DNA of 64,000 bases, taken from positions 69,068,001 to 69,132,000 of the forward strand of contig OX597819.1 in assembly GCA_951406725.2 (NCBI GenBank). Reading direction: 5' to 3'. The stretch is from Octopus vulgaris (Eukaryota). The position numbers and the translations under genes were made by a program. The notes beneath the pieces were generated by a model, which was not told where the DNA came from, did not search any database, and saw nothing but the letters and a program-made list of their open reading frames with translations. Shown here piece after piece: positions 37,663-52,596 of this stretch; position 1 is the stretch's first letter, and every line of letters starts with the position of its first letter.

Positions 37663-39002
37663 TTACGCTTACGTATATATTGTTTCTTTGTTGCACTTTT
37701 GTCTTCATAACTATACTTTTCAAAGGGTTTGCTGGTCTTTTCCTTTTAATAATTGGTTGTTTCTCCTTGGTAATTTCTATTATTCGACCTCGAAGCAATA
37801 CAGGTATGTTTTAATAAACATTTGGAAATACTTCAATGTCGTTGAATTGCACGTTATGTGTGTATGTTATAAAATTCTTTTCACATTTGCTTCTTGTGTT
37901 CCCGTGTTACAGAATTTTAATTATTTTCGCTTTATGAATTCCATTGTTGATTAAATTTAATGGGTATTGTTTTCCAATCAGTGTTTCTTTCATTTCTTTT
38001 AGTCTGTAATCTCTTGTCGAATGATTAGTGACAATTGTGGAAATTCATTTCTGTAACTTATATGCAATATTATGTCAGATTCGTTCCGAGTGTCATGATG
38101 TAAATAACCTGTATTGTCTTGAGAATGGAAGTTTAAAATATACGTTTATTCTAGTTTCTAAGTTCTCACTTTTTATCACCTCAATATCTAAGAAAGGAAG
38201 TTAATGTATTCTCTTGTAAATTGAATGTCAGGGTTTATTTTGTTTATGAGATTTTAAACACATGATTGTTAACATATGATCAAAATTGTCTTTCCATGAA
38301 AGAAGACGTCATTCAGTCTTTTTCATTTGCCTTTTCAAATAATTCCTGAAATTATTTTAATATTTGCTTGAAGAATTTTCTTGATTTTTGTATTGTGATA
38401 TATCAAGAGTATGATCTCGTAGGTTGGTGTAAATTTAGAAGTCATTTTCATGACTGATTTTGATGGTAAGTTGCTTTCGAAGTAATATTCGGTCGAATAT
38501 AATGAAGCCCATTTATAACACATACCTTATAACTGCAGCAAAAATAAATGCGTGTAGCCAGTAATTTCATGCATATGGGGATTCCACAGTTGTGCCGAAA
38601 ATAATTATAGACGCACATATGCACACGCACACACACACATGCAACCACATACACTTACATACACACATACATGCATACATACTCAATGTACACAGTATTG
38701 AAATAAAAGTTGCGAATATTTTCTTGCCATGGAAAATCGGTAAACCGGCAGGTTTAAATAATGTACTCGTGTCGCCAACCAATATTTCAGGCAGAGTCCA
38801 CATGGTTAGCCCTAATTGAGAAAGCTTGAGAAAAATCGAGAAGGTTGATCGTTATGTCCAAAAATTTATTATGAGGTGTGTTTAAGGACGGTATTTACTT
38901 TTTGTTGTGTCAATTCTTTAGAATTTTCAAAAGCTTATTCTGTATCAAATTTCAGGGACATTTCAGTTTGTTAGATAATTTAGATTCTAATCCTTTACGG
39001 AG

Positions 39003-39882
39003 TATGCGAGGAGGGTATCGGAAACCGGAATTTCGCAGTATTATTTTATTTACTTAGTTTTAAATTTTTACAGTTTCAAAGTCTTCAACAAATTTCCCAT
39101 TTGAAGAATTGCAATGGTTCATACGCGTTCTCCACTGCTTCAGTGTTGGAATTCTTGCAAAGACATGCATTTTAACAACTCCGTTGTTTTTTCTTTACCG
39201 CTTCCACATCTGCAAATTCTGTAGCACCAGATTTCGTCACCAGTGATGACCTTCGAATAAAGGTCCGGATCAACTACCAACTGTTCTTTCAGCTCGCGAC
39301 GTGCATTCATTTGTGACTACTTTTGATCTTCCGTGACCGATCAAAGTACATTCACAATTCTGCGCTCCAAATGCAATGGCAGGAGCTCCAGAACATGTTA
39401 GTCATGTCGACAATTTCGTTAATTGCTCGGTGTCTGTGCTCCAAGTTCATTTCATGAATTTTAACGACGTTTTCATTTATTCGGGAGGTCGATGGTCTCA
39501 CTGAACGAAATTGGTCCTGACACGACAGGTAACTATTCCTAAAGCGTGTAAATCATTCGTAAACTTGTGTTTTGCTCATAGCAGCTGCCTTGTAACCTGT
39601 TTGAAGTATGACAACTGCTTCGGCCGCCGTTTACCCCAGCAGAAGAAAGAATTTCACGGAAGCACGCTATTCCTTCGTTTCGGCCATCGCAAAAATCGAC
39701 GAACAGGAGAGAAAACCAGCAATACAAAGACGCACCACGGGGCAGAATCACCTCACAGAATAGCACCGGTCGGCAGCCAGATGCCTGGGGGTCGCATCAA
39801 GTGGCGTCTAGAGGCGCTAGCCGGAACTACAAGGCGCTTGACCCACAGAGAACATTCCGGTTAATTATGGGTAGCACCTCGT
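39003..39882 (-). mobile_element. Mariner relic related to 19274-19912
   Basis: VITGDE motif on -, a shared N-terminal region, and TIR-like ends CGAGG..CCGGAA. Confidence 0.75.
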
Positions 39883-39884
39883 AT

Positions 39885-40310
39885 TTATCTGTGTGTTTCT
39901 TCAGTCTCGTATGTTTCAGTGAAAGAGCTGCGACCATACTGGAGCACCGTCTTGAATGTTACATTCGAAAAAACTATTCCAGGAATTAAATTTGAAACAA
40001 TGTCTGATAAAAAGTATTTCGTCATTTTTTCCCGACCTGCTAAGTTTCGAGGACGTAAGTAAACGGACATCGCCTGGCGCGCGGGGATGAAATAAACACA
40101 CGCACAAATACTCTCTCTCACACACACACACACATCCATATATACGACAATAGTCTACACGTTTTAAATCCACTAGCTTCACTGACAAGGCATTGGTCAC
40201 CTCATGGCCATAGTAGAAGACATTACCCAGCTTCCTATCGTGCTAGGTAATGGGACTGAACCAGAAACCACATGGTTGCCAAACGAGCTCCTTACGCACA
40301 CAGCAATGCT
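39885..40310 (-). mobile_element. SINE family C copy
   Basis: Shares GGGACTGAACC..AACCACATGGTT and CCATACTGGAGCACCG blocks with 27612-28050. Confidence 0.7.
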
Positions 40311-41318
40311 ATGCCTGTGGCGAATGATGTGCGTGTGTGTGTGTGCGTGCATGTGTGTGTGTACCTGCGTGAATGTGTGTGTGTATGTGTGTATGTGTCT
40401 GCCAGTCCGTCTGTCTGTGCATCAATGCAAAAGCGAGATTTGATTAGATGCAAACATAAGGACAAATTTATTTTGACTAACTGGAGTACGATCTGTACAG
40501 CATGTGAAAGTGAGTTGTACTTATACATGAAAAGGCTACTCTTGAAACCGTTCTGTGTCACGCTGGATCTCCCTTAGAACTAAATTAAGGGTACGCGAGT
40601 GGAGTACTTAACCACTTGCACATTAATTTTACGAGCAGGATTTTCCGTTGATTGAATCAATTGGAACACTCGTCATTGCACCCGACATAATGCCAGTGAG
40701 TGTGTGATAGGTTATTTTACGTCTCTAAGATAGCAATTTCGTAGCTATGTAATTTGGGGATTATTCAAAGCGAAAATCACCCTTAATATGTGTGTTCTTG
40801 CCTGTGTCTCTGTTTTAAACATTGTCTATGTTATTGTCCCTGTAGTACTTGGTTACATTTGTAGTTATAAATCAAATCCTTTTTATTTATTCTAAGTAAC
40901 AGGCGTATTTAAGAGATCAATTATACGAATCCAAGCTATTTCCATAATTTACCGCTTTTCTTTGTTTATAGCCGATACTTATGACTTAAAGCGCCTGTTC
41001 TAAACCCATAAATTTATCATTATATTTGGTCCCGAGAATAAAAGAACAGAAAATACTGTTGTATCGAATGCACTGTTTGAACGCTGTTAAGTAGTTCATC
41101 GCAAATCCCGGAGGATAATATCTAAGCTAGCGACGTTTTCAGATACTTAAACTCATTTCAGTAATGGTAGCCATAACGTTTTGATGTGCGTATGTAAGTT
41201 GCTGATTGAGTCATCTCATATATTATATGGGCCGCCATATTAGTTATATTTTCTGACATCAAAGTGTAGGTATGCATTAGAGTGTGTATATATGTAAATA
41301 TATAACTATATATATAAC

Positions 41319-41374
<56 letters not shown>

Positions 41375-41376
41375 GT

Positions 41377-41407
<31 letters not shown>

Positions 41408-41501
41408 ATATTTTTTATATTTTGCGTATTTGGATGTGAGTGGTTGTGTGAATGTATGTGAGTGTGAGATTGAGGGAGAGAACAAAAGGAAAGAGAAAGA
41501 G

Positions 41502-41536
<35 letters not shown>

Positions 41537-42123
41537 ACGGTTGGTCTTTAATGAAAACCTCATTCTGAACCCATTCGTCATTTTCCGTTTCGCATCACAC
41601 AAGTTTTGATGTTTCTCACTTGGATGTTTCTCACTTGTAAGTTTCTCAGTTGGGGATTGAAATATTAAAAAAAAAATCTGATGATATCTGATTGATCGTG
41701 TGATGTCATCGAGCAATTGTAAACTGAATGCAGCAAAATATAGCGTGATGTAAATAGAACTGTTCATTTGCTATTTCTGAATGCATTATCGCAGCGCCTT
41801 TTGCGGTGCACGAATTTATCCCTCGCTTTACAGTCGTCACGTCTCTTGTTCTCGGAAAACAAACTCAAACATATAAATACATGAATTCACAATCACACAC
41901 ATACACACACATGCACGCACACATACAAATCTAGTGTGCAGTACACAGTAACGTGCATAAAAACTAAATAAAAACGGGATTTTATATATAGGACGTGTAT
42001 AGCTTGTGTGCATCTTATAATTACAAACATCCATCGACATGCAGGTGTGTGTACTTGTGTGTGTGTGTGTTTAGAAAGACACAGACTCACACATCCACAT
42101 ACATATCTATATCTATCTCTCTG

Positions 42124-42172
<49 letters not shown>

Positions 42173-42179
42173 TTAGCTA

Positions 42180-42271
<92 letters not shown>

Positions 42272-43053
42272 AGTGAGTGAACAAACAAATGAAAGTAGCA
42301 GTGAATAAGTTTAATTGGATTAAATGTTTTTATTAGAGGTTTCTTCGAATTCCACATTACTTAAAATTTCGTGGCCATTGAACAATCCTCTTCAGATATT
42401 CGAAGGCTTGTCAGGATTTAATCGGAATTTAGAAAATCCCCTCAATATTTAAACCTCCAGTATAGAGCATTCGTAAAATTTCTTCCTATAACGCTATGAA
42501 TAAATATATTTCATTCCCAACGGGCAAATTCTTTACCAGGGAATTTTTGTAGGAAAAGAATAATTGGCCCTCTTTGCATCATAAATATGGAAAACAGTTT
42601 TCACAGTAATTCTATAAGGTAAATTATAAGCGTAATATTATCAAACATGCATAGACATGCTAAACGTGGAACCCTTAATATGCCGAAAACGTATCCGTAG
42701 AATGTTGGATCTGAAGTCACCACCGCTGTTTCCTAGTGGTGTACGCAAGATATCATATGCTGCAATGGAATGCAGTTGCTACGATTCGACCAACGATTGC
42801 AATGTTTAATATGGCTAGCTTAATATAGCTTCCAACATTATTCTTAAAAATAATTCAAAGTTGAAGTAATAGATATCTACATCTCAGAGATGTAGTAACA
42901 CGGTAAAATGAGACAGTCACATGAAAGAGAAGACTAGTACTGCTATTTTGCCCTAGGAAGCACCGCTTCCTGTCGGCCTCGACACATTTCCTATTTCCTT
43001 ATGTTTACAAAGGGGGAGATAAGCACCTCCATCCAGCATCAGGAAAAATAATA

Positions 43054-43122
<69 letters not shown>

Positions 43123-43907
43123 CATTAATGAAGATCTGAGATAGCATGCAAGTCTAAATGAAACACCACCATGATAGAAGTTCCTGAATGTCCACATTCT
43201 TAGTTAACTACCTTAGTTAAGTCACTTCTTTGACAAATGTTTCCCATTTAATAATTAGAAAACATGTTTCGACCCTCTAAAATTAAAACCCTTCATATAT
43301 TAGGAAACAACTGCTCTGGTGAACAGAGGTTGGGCTATATAATCCAATAGTACAGAGTTGCCACGGCTGTTTGAATAACGATATGAGAAGAGTAAACGAA
43401 ATTTTACTTAATAACATACACCAGGCATTATGGTAAAATGTTAAGCAAATTTACACAACATGATACAACAGCTACAATATAAACTGATAGCAGAGGAACC
43501 ACCATAGAATACATTGTATGAAGAAAATGCTTTCAAGAGACAGAATAGATAAATGCAGTACTAAAGCCGAAACGATAAATAAAACATGTGTATCACACCT
43601 AACTAAGAGCTCATAGATTTTGTTTCAGAAACACCATAAACAGAAAATGTTCGCGTAAACATTAAACCACAAATCCGCAAATCACCAGTAAAATTGTACA
43701 TAAATTTCAGTGCAAAATTATGCAAGTTCACAATTGTTTGATACCAAGTGTTGCATCAAATATGCATATACAACATCTTTTCGATTCAACAAGAATTTAC
43801 AGAGGAGTATGAGACGTTTGACACGGCTGCTGTAGCACTGCTAATTCGATGTTGACATTTTTGACGTCAAATTTCTCTCGTTTTCTCCATACTGTCTTCT
43901 CTGTAGA

Positions 43908-44287
43908 GAGGCAATGGCCTAGTAGCTAGAGTGGTGGACTCGTGATCGTGGGATCGCGATTTCGATTCCCAGAACAGGCGTTGTGAGTGTTTATTGAGCG
44001 AAAACACATAAAGCTCCATTATGCTCCGGCAGGGGGTGGTGGCGAACCCTGCTGTACTCTTTCACCATAACTTTCTCTCACTCTTTCTTCCCTGTTTCTG
44101 TTGTATCTGTATTTCAAAGGGCCAGCCTTGTCACACTCTGTGTCACGCTAAATCTCTCCCCGAGAACTACGTTAAGGCTATACGTGTCTGTGGAGTGCTC
44201 AGCCACTTTCATGCTAATTTCACTGGCAGGCTGTTCCGTTGATCGGATCAACTGCAACCCTCGTCGTCGTAACTGACCGAGTGCCAA
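43908..44287 (+). mobile_element. SINE family A copy
   Basis: Collinear with 327-640. Confidence 0.85.
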
Positions 44288-44318
44288 GATATGTTTCTCT
44301 CGTTTTCTCCGTACCGTC

Positions 44319-44364
<46 letters not shown>

Positions 44365-45509
44365 ACCCCTTCTCTCTCTCTCTATCTATAACATGAAAAT
44401 ATTGCTCTCTGTGTTTAGTTATGAGAGGGAGTCTATGTCAATCGTATGTAATTTATCTCTTCTAATGTTTCTTTCATTCTCTCTTTCTCCTTATATTTCT
44501 CTCTCTCTCTTTCTCTCTTTCTCTCTCTCTCGCTCTCTCTCCGATTTTAATATCATTTCATTCATATGATAACGATGTCCATGAAGAGAACGGTTGTTTC
44601 GAAGAAAAAGAGAAAATAACTGACTGAAGAAATCGAAAAAGAATCCGCGATGTAAACAGAAAAAAATATAGTCGTATGTATGAGTGTGTGTGTGTATGTA
44701 TATATGTGTGTGTGTTTGCTTTTGTTTTTGTGTTTGTGCCTCTGTCAGGACTTGACGACCGGCGTTGGTGTGCTTACCTTCCAGTAAATTAGCGGTTGGG
44801 CAGAACAACCAGTAGAATAAGTACCAGGCTTACAAAGAATTAGTCCTGAGGCTGATTTCTTCGACTAAGAATACGTTTATGGCGCTGCTCCTGCATGGCC
44901 GCTGCCCAATGACTGAAACAAGTAGCAGAAAAGAATAAAAGAATAAACGAATGCTTTGTGTGTTGTTGATTTCTATATGTTGATTCTATTATGTTTTCCA
45001 TTAGTGAATACATCCTTATGGACAGTTGATAAACATGTCTGCTGACGTTTTCCCTACTCATATCAAATAATGAATATGCATGATGGCTTCCAGCTGGCAG
45101 GATCATTGGAATGTCGGATGAAATGCTTTGCTATATTTTGTCCTGGGTTATGAGTTCGAATCCCGGCAAGATCTGGGTTGCATTTCAATCCATTCTGATT
45201 TCGATTACTTAACTTATCAGTTACCTACTGGGGGTAGATATAATCGACCTGCCCCTCCTCTCAAAGCTGCTGGCATTAGACCCTGCTACGAACCGGCTTC
45301 TAGGTTGGGGAGGGGCTGTGATTTCGGTCACGTTTATGCCATGGAATCCAGATAACCGGTTTTATGAGTCCTTGTGCTCCAGAAGACAGAAAAATACATG
45401 TTACTTCTCAGAGTCTCTCGTCAAGTGGGCTTTACCTATGTTATATCTTCTTATGTTCAGGCTTTAACCTTCATGTATATATTAAAGTATATATTCTTTT
45501 CTCTAACTC

Positions 45510-45660
45510 ATTATATTTGTACATTATTTACATTTGACGAATATTTGTCCTCATCTTGTTTGATGTTAACACAACGTTCCCGTTGATGTACCCTCCAGGT
45601 TTCATCAGGTGTCTTGGGGAAATTTCCAGCCTGGATTCTCATTCCTAAGGTATTTTTCAA

Positions 45661-45693
<33 letters not shown>

Positions 45694-46265
45694 TTTCTTT
45701 TTCTTCTTTCAAAATTGCTTCCATTTCTTGCCGAGTGTCTTCCCGACTCCTAGGGCAAAGAAACTCATAGTATACATTGGTAGGCCATTAAACCAAACTC
45801 AGTACTTCGTTCATTTTTTTTTTTTTTAAAGTTAAATTAAAATTTCTCGTCCAAATAGGCCCTATTTGGACCTACTTTAAAAAAAAAATGTCTGAGTTTG
45901 GTTTTGATTCCGTGTTCTCCATATACTGTAAGAGTTTGCGGTGTGTCTCTCTTGAGATGGCCTACCTAATGCATAGTAATAAGCGTATATTACTTCTTTA
46001 TACTCTTCTCGGGTCCATTTGTTCCGCTTACATTTTTCTTTCTGTGGTCGTTGTGGTGGTGAACTTGGAGGGCTCGAGTTGGGGGATTTCCCGTTCAAGT
46101 GACCATCCATGTCCGTATTCGGAGAAGAGTTTGTGCCAGTTGATGACTTTTCGATCCCAGGCTGGCTCTTCCCTGGGGGACGCGCTTCCAGATTAACCAT
46201 AGGACAAGCGATTTGGTATACTGATTTAGTTTTCCTTTTAGTGTCCAAAAACATTTTGGTGCTAC

Positions 46266-46317
<52 letters not shown>

Positions 46318-46385
46318 CATTCAGGTCACTGCTCGGAATCGAACTCGGAATCTTGGGGTTAGTAGCCCGCGCTCTTAATCATTAT
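45510..46385 (-). mobile_element. tRNA-head/(TAA)n/hammerhead-tail element with Dong-like fragments inside
   Basis: Head at 46321-46385 with B box GTTCGATTCC; (TAA)n; insert; (TAA)n; tail with GACAC-CTGATGA..GGAA-CG-TT-GTGTT (45568-45613). Confidence 0.75.
45885..46268 (-). mobile_element. R4/Dong-like LINE 5' end fragment
   Basis: RNKWTREEYKEVIYAYYYAL..SYSIWR resembles the N-terminus ILHAYFTAV..TYKIWK at 52597. Confidence 0.65.
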
Positions 46386-47388
46386 ATTTGGTTCTATTTC
46401 AATTGTTTTCATGCACGGATATGAATATACAAGGTTTGTTTTCTGAATTTATGCCACTATATTTCAAAGTATATCTAACATTAGCTGGATTTCATGCGAA
46501 AGAATAATTTCTCTTTTCATTGTTTAAAAAAAATTTGTTTCATCTCCGTTTTAATATCTGTGCGTGAGTGTTGGCTTTTGTGATTTTTCTCCTCAGATAA
46601 CTTTCAGAAATATACGTAAGCTTGTATTTTATTGTCCTTTTATTTCAGTTTCTTTTTTTAAAATTAAATTTAGTTTTTATAAATCCATATATTTTTGTGT
46701 GTCTCAATACCTATTATTCTATTTCTAGTAATATTCAAAAACACTTCTTACTTCACATCCTGGGAATACGTGTCTATATGTGAAAGAAAATCTATGCTTT
46801 CTTGATAAAGAGAACGGCATTTTTTTCCTTTTTACATTCTGTTCTTCTTAAGAACACCAGACGATGATATGCATGTGAAGTTTGTGTTGGCGATAGTTTT
46901 CCTATATGTCTGTTTCATAAACAGTATGTATTATTGTTGGACTTAATTTTTTTTAATTATATTTTTACAGTTTATTAGTTACTATATTGAGAATGAGTGT
47001 ATGGGTGTGACTTGTTCTGTGTTTAAATAGTCAGACACTACTAGAGTGTTTATATATCGCTATTTTGATTTATTATAATTGTGTCGCTGCAAATTATTAA
47101 TAATTTTTTTTTACACTTTAACATAATTTTATGGAAAAATATTTAGTATCTTTTAGAATATTATTTTGCTTGACAATTTTTTTTTTTATTCTGTCAAATT
47201 CAAAAATATATTTCAAATTAAATTTCACAATGTGCATAGCGTTAGCGATTATTTTCTTTTATTTTAATCTTAGTAATGCTTCGTCTGTTACTGAGTTGGG
47301 TATTTTTCTAGTTAAGTTATATTTAATGTATATCATGGCTCGTATATCAAGGTGGAAATTATTTCTTTTACCCTTATATATATGTATG

Positions 47389-48445
47389 CTAGCAGAGATA
47401 CCCGGCGTTGCCCCGGTTACATTCAATTGAAGAATTAGACTTTTCTGTTATATTTTCTGAATGAACTGGAATATCTATGTTTCGAATTTCATCAAAATTG
47501 CAGAAGAGGATTATTTCCCTCTTTACACACCTTAAAACAATTGTAATCGTGCCACATGGAAACCAAAACACGAATGATCACAATAAGCAGTCAGTTACCC
47601 TACCCTAGTCGTTGCCACTCCCAATGTAGGATTCCTCACCATCCAGTTGACAGGTACAGCCGTAAGATGCATTACGAATCTATAGCAATTGGAAGGGCGT
47701 GACCCAACTGAAATCAACATTAACAACAGTGTGACGTGAGGGCTTAGGAGAAATTAAAGTGTCACTTCTGGAGTTTGCAAATGACCACTATACTGATACG
47801 TAACTGGACAGAATGAATTTAAAATCTATAAAAGTCTTTGAATAACCAGTCACTCATCTGGGAAGGCCTTGTAATCAATGTTACCATCTGGGGACTACGC
47901 GTGACCGAGTGATTATAAAAAGACTGAATGGAGGTCTGCAATCAAATAACTTTACTCAACACTTTGCAACTGAATCAGTGGAGATAAAGTTGCCTTTCAT
48001 TTACTTAACATTTTATGCACCACATTGCAGAAATCACAATGTAAGTGTATGTCAAAGCAAACTGTTACACTGTTGTACCATTGAATTAGAAATAATGCCC
48101 AACATTATTATGCTCGGGTAACCCTACAGCTTCCAAGAGCACAACTGTATTCTTTTTTGCTTAAATAAAATGTCAAAATTGTGGGTGTTAAGTCCCCGTG
48201 GAGGGGTCTTTCTAACTTTGTAAGAAGATGAAATTTTATAAATATTAATTCATTTGTGTCTAATATCTATGGTTAAAATATCATCAACAACAAAAATATA
48301 TGAATTGTCATGGGGGTTATGGCCCTTATGCTTAGAATATACTTTCCAAATTTCATAAAGGTCCATTCAGTACTTTTGACCTAATTTTGTATCATATAAG
48401 AAATTACTAAAATTTCGGAGTTAAGGTTCCCATTAGGGTGTTATA
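47389..48445 (-). mobile_element. Helitron-like element
   Basis: The minus-strand 3' end is the hairpin ACCGGGGCAACGCCGGGT followed by CTAG (47389-47392); the other end merges into (TA)n; the 5' boundary is uncertain. Confidence 0.6.
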
Positions 48446-48452
48446 TATATAC

Positions 48453-48503
<51 letters not shown>

Positions 48504-49039
48504 AACTTCTCTTCCTCCCACCCAAAACACACCAAGCTTTCCATCCCCTATTCCCAATTCCTCCGTCTACGTAGGCTCTAGTGACGACCATGACTTTGAG
48601 ACGACCATCATCCTATGTGGATAGCCCCTTACCACTATCTACACCGTGCATCTGCTCTCTCCCCCCGAACCCGCCCTGTAGTCTCCCGCCTCCCTTTTCC
48701 CCTCAATTAGATACAACTGAGTGGGCAAACAAAAATATGAGACACAGCCTAGTGCCTTTTTATGTTGATAAGCCTAGTACTTATTCTATTAGTTTGTTCT
48801 TGTGAAACCAGTAAGTTTTTGTGGATGAAATAAATGAACAGCAGTTGTGAAGCACTGATGAAGGCGAAACACAGACACAAAGACACACACATACACTTAT
48901 ATATATACATATATATACGATTGATTTGTGTCAGTTCCTGTCTACGAAATCCATATATATTGTTGTTGGCATTCTTCTTGTCTTGGGAGACAATGGAGTT
49001 GCACATAAAATAATCTACTCCGGCTTTTATATTTCATAT

Positions 49040-49936
49040 CCTAATACATCTCCTGCTGTGGCAGTGTCGTCCTATCCTGGACAAACATTCCCTCTGGCAG
49101 GTGCCGCAAATATAGCGAAGATTTTGCCTGGCTGGTTGTAATGTCATACTATCTTGTTGACTCTTTTCTTGGCTTTCCATTTCTCCTCTCCTTCTATGTC
49201 ACTCCTTTGGTAATATTGATGTTGCAGGCATTCATGTCCCTTTTGCAAACATCCTTGTTTCGTAAGAACGGTCTTCCCACAGACCTAGTGCCCCTAGCAA
49301 GCTCACCGTTGAGTATGTCCTTGGGGATTCTGCCATCTTCCATACGGCTAACATGTCGAAGCCATCTCATACGTCTTTGTGTGAGGAGTGTAAACATGCT
49401 TGGTATTCCTGCTTGCTTGAGGACATCTTTATTGGGGACATGATTCTGCCAGTTGATGCGAAGGATTTTCTGGAGGCAGCGCAGGTGAAAGATATTTAGG
49501 CGACGTATGGCGTCGTATGGCGTATGTATGGCGTCCAAGTCTCACTTCCATACAGTAGAGTGCTAAGTACACATGCCTGGTAAATCTTAATTTTTGTGGT
49601 CTTGGTCAGCTTTTTGTTGTCCCATGCCCGTTTGGAGAGTTGGGCCATCACAGCAGCTGCTTTGCCAATGCGTATATTGAGCTCAGTATCAAGGGATAGG
49701 TTATAGGTGACGGTAGAGCCAAGATAGGTAAACTTCTCCACCCCCTGTAGTCTGTGGTCTCCTAAATGTATGTTTGGGATGGTCGATATCGCCTGACCCA
49801 TGATGTTGGTCATCTTGAAGCTGATAACTAAGCCAAGCTGCCACATGCTTGCTCAAAACATTGATGAGCCTTTGTAGGGCTTCTTCTGTGTGTGATACCA
49901 GAGCGGCATCATCAGCAAATAGCATCTCCGTGATCA
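49040..49936 (-). mobile_element. RTE-clade LINE 3' fragment
   Basis: MLFADD; VEKFTYLGS; IYQACVLSTLLYGSETWT; RWLRHVSRMEDGRIPKDIL; terminal CGTCQRECLSRIG zinc finger. Confidence 0.9.
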
Positions 49937-49953
49937 TACATACACACACACGC

Positions 49954-49993
<40 letters not shown>

Positions 49994-50212
49994 AAGTGTG
50001 TATGTATGTGTGTGTGTATGTATGTATGTATGTATGTATGTATGTATGTATGTACCTATGTACGTATGCGTGCACACGGAGGCGCATAGCTTAGTGGTTA
50101 CGGTGTTGGACTCATGATCGTAAGATTGTGATTTAGATTCCTGGACCGGGAGACGTGTTGTGTCCTTGAGCAAGATACTTCAGCGCTTGGCATGGCTCGA
50201 GGAGGAAACATT

Positions 50213-50261
<49 letters not shown>

Positions 50262-50439
50262 CACTATGGGTTTCCACATCGTTTCAGTCCACCGAATTCA
50301 CTCATAAGGTTTTAGTCGGGATGATTTTTATACGAGAAGGCACTTTCCCAATGTGCCTCAGATTGGAACAGAGGCCAGGACCTCATCGTTTTTACACAGC
50401 CACGCCTGTTTTGATGGATAGATAGATAGACAGACAGAC

Positions 50440-50488
<49 letters not shown>

Positions 50489-50489
50489 T

Positions 50490-50557
<68 letters not shown>

Positions 50558-51340
50558 GGAGAGAGAGAGGAGGGGATCTGTCACCATTGACTGCGAGCCA
50601 CACATCTATCGCTTGCAAGGGAACTTTAAATTCGAAAACTTGAAGTGATGTTGGAATTTTTACAGTGAAATCTACACATTTTAAGCGTAAATTTACTGCG
50701 TCAATAAATAGCACAGAAATAGCAGACGGTTTCCATCTATCTTCAAATATTATATACATATATATGTGTGGATGTATGTATACATACGCATGTGTTTGCT
50801 TAGTAATACCATTATAATAATTTTCTAAGTTCGACAAAATGGTCTACTTCTTAACACATCTATTAAAGTAGAGATAAACCATAGAATAAGATTACTTTTT
50901 TTTTTACTTTTATCACAAATCAGATCTTACTGTAGTTAGATATTCTTTGATACTGCACGTTGGAAATGATTTCACTTACTAAATTATGTGAAGTTTATTT
51001 ACTATAATTAGTTTAGCTGTTATTTCGAATCCTGAAGTTTATACTTTGCCAACGAGTTTCTGTACACAACTATACGGAAATATTCCCAAACTGGAAAACA
51101 ATACAAAACAAACTGACTATAATTTAATATTCATAAATCTCAGCGATTGCTCATAGTGTTTATGGAAGTAGAGAGTTTTGAAAATTGTATAAGAAGACTA
51201 TTTACAGATTATTTACATAAATGTCATAAAACGTTGACGGTAATATGAAATAAATAAATAGACAAATAAATAGATAAATGAAATATATTTATTTCTATGC
51301 ATAAAGACACACAGACGAAAGCACGTGATGCATTAGCTTT

Positions 51341-51405
<65 letters not shown>

Positions 51406-51716
51406 AACACAGAGACATTTACGCATGGAAGCACGAAAAAAAATATGCATGCGCAGATACATATGTGTAGGTGTGTGTGTGTGTGTGTGTGTGTGTGAGG
51501 GTGTGCGTGAGTGTTTGTGCTTGTGTCTGTTTGTGTGAGACGAGAGAGAGAAAGAGAATGACGCAGAGAGCTGTGTATATATTGATACACACACGTGCAC
51601 AAACGCATACCACACGTACACAAACACACACACGAACACACACACACACACATTCATATTTTATTTTCTTATGTATACAAGCCTCAGGTAAAACTAGAAT
51701 AGTTTGTATAACTGAA

Positions 51717-51849
<133 letters not shown>

Positions 51850-52283
51850 TATATAATAATAATAATAAATTTACAAACTATTCTAGTTTCATATATATGT
51901 GTGTTTGTGTTTGTGTGTGAGTATATATATATAGGCATATATACATATAGGCATATATATATATATAGGCATATATATATATATATATGAATATATATAC
52001 ATACACATTTATATATACATACATGCATACACACACATACATATATATATAGGTATATTTATACATATGCATGTTGACTGACATACGCATATACACTCAC
52101 ATGCATACACACTTATATAAGTAAATCTTACATACATAACCTTTAGTATACATGCACGAAACTTATACAAATCTCATTTTAAATCTATCTGGAAAAAGGA
52201 ATTTAAATTTTGAGGCCTTTTCAGTGCACAATGTAAATACATTTTAATGTTATGAAAAAATAATAGTAATAAAACAATATTTA

Positions 52284-52336
<53 letters not shown>

Positions 52337-52364
52337 TAATAATAATAATAACAACAACAACAAC

Positions 52365-52533
52365 AAATAGGGGCTGCAATGAGGGTGAAGCACTTGCAGA
52401 AAACAGCACTGCTTGGAACCGCTCGAATACTTCGGAAGGTGCTCGAAAAATAAGAGGTGTTACCTTAGTTCACTGGTAGAGAACAGCTGACAGCGTAGTA
52501 CATCTCTAGCGTTAAAAGCTGTGCAAAGAGAAC
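52365..52533 (+). mobile_element. Dong-like LINE extreme 3' end (different subfamily)
   Basis: LQKTALLGTARILRKVLEK* plus a distinct 3' UTR, between (TAA)n tracts. Confidence 0.75.
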
Positions 52534-52540
52534 AATAATA

Positions 52541-52577
<37 letters not shown>

Positions 52578-52596
52578 TAATAATAATAATAATAAT

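Noticed and set aside
47600-48130. Pif1-helicase-like remnant inside the Helitron
   Set aside because: The resemblance is too faint and on the unexpected strand.
48855-48880. CTGATGA-AGGC-GAAA-C
   Set aside because: No stem II; it lies in a decayed SINE family C segment.
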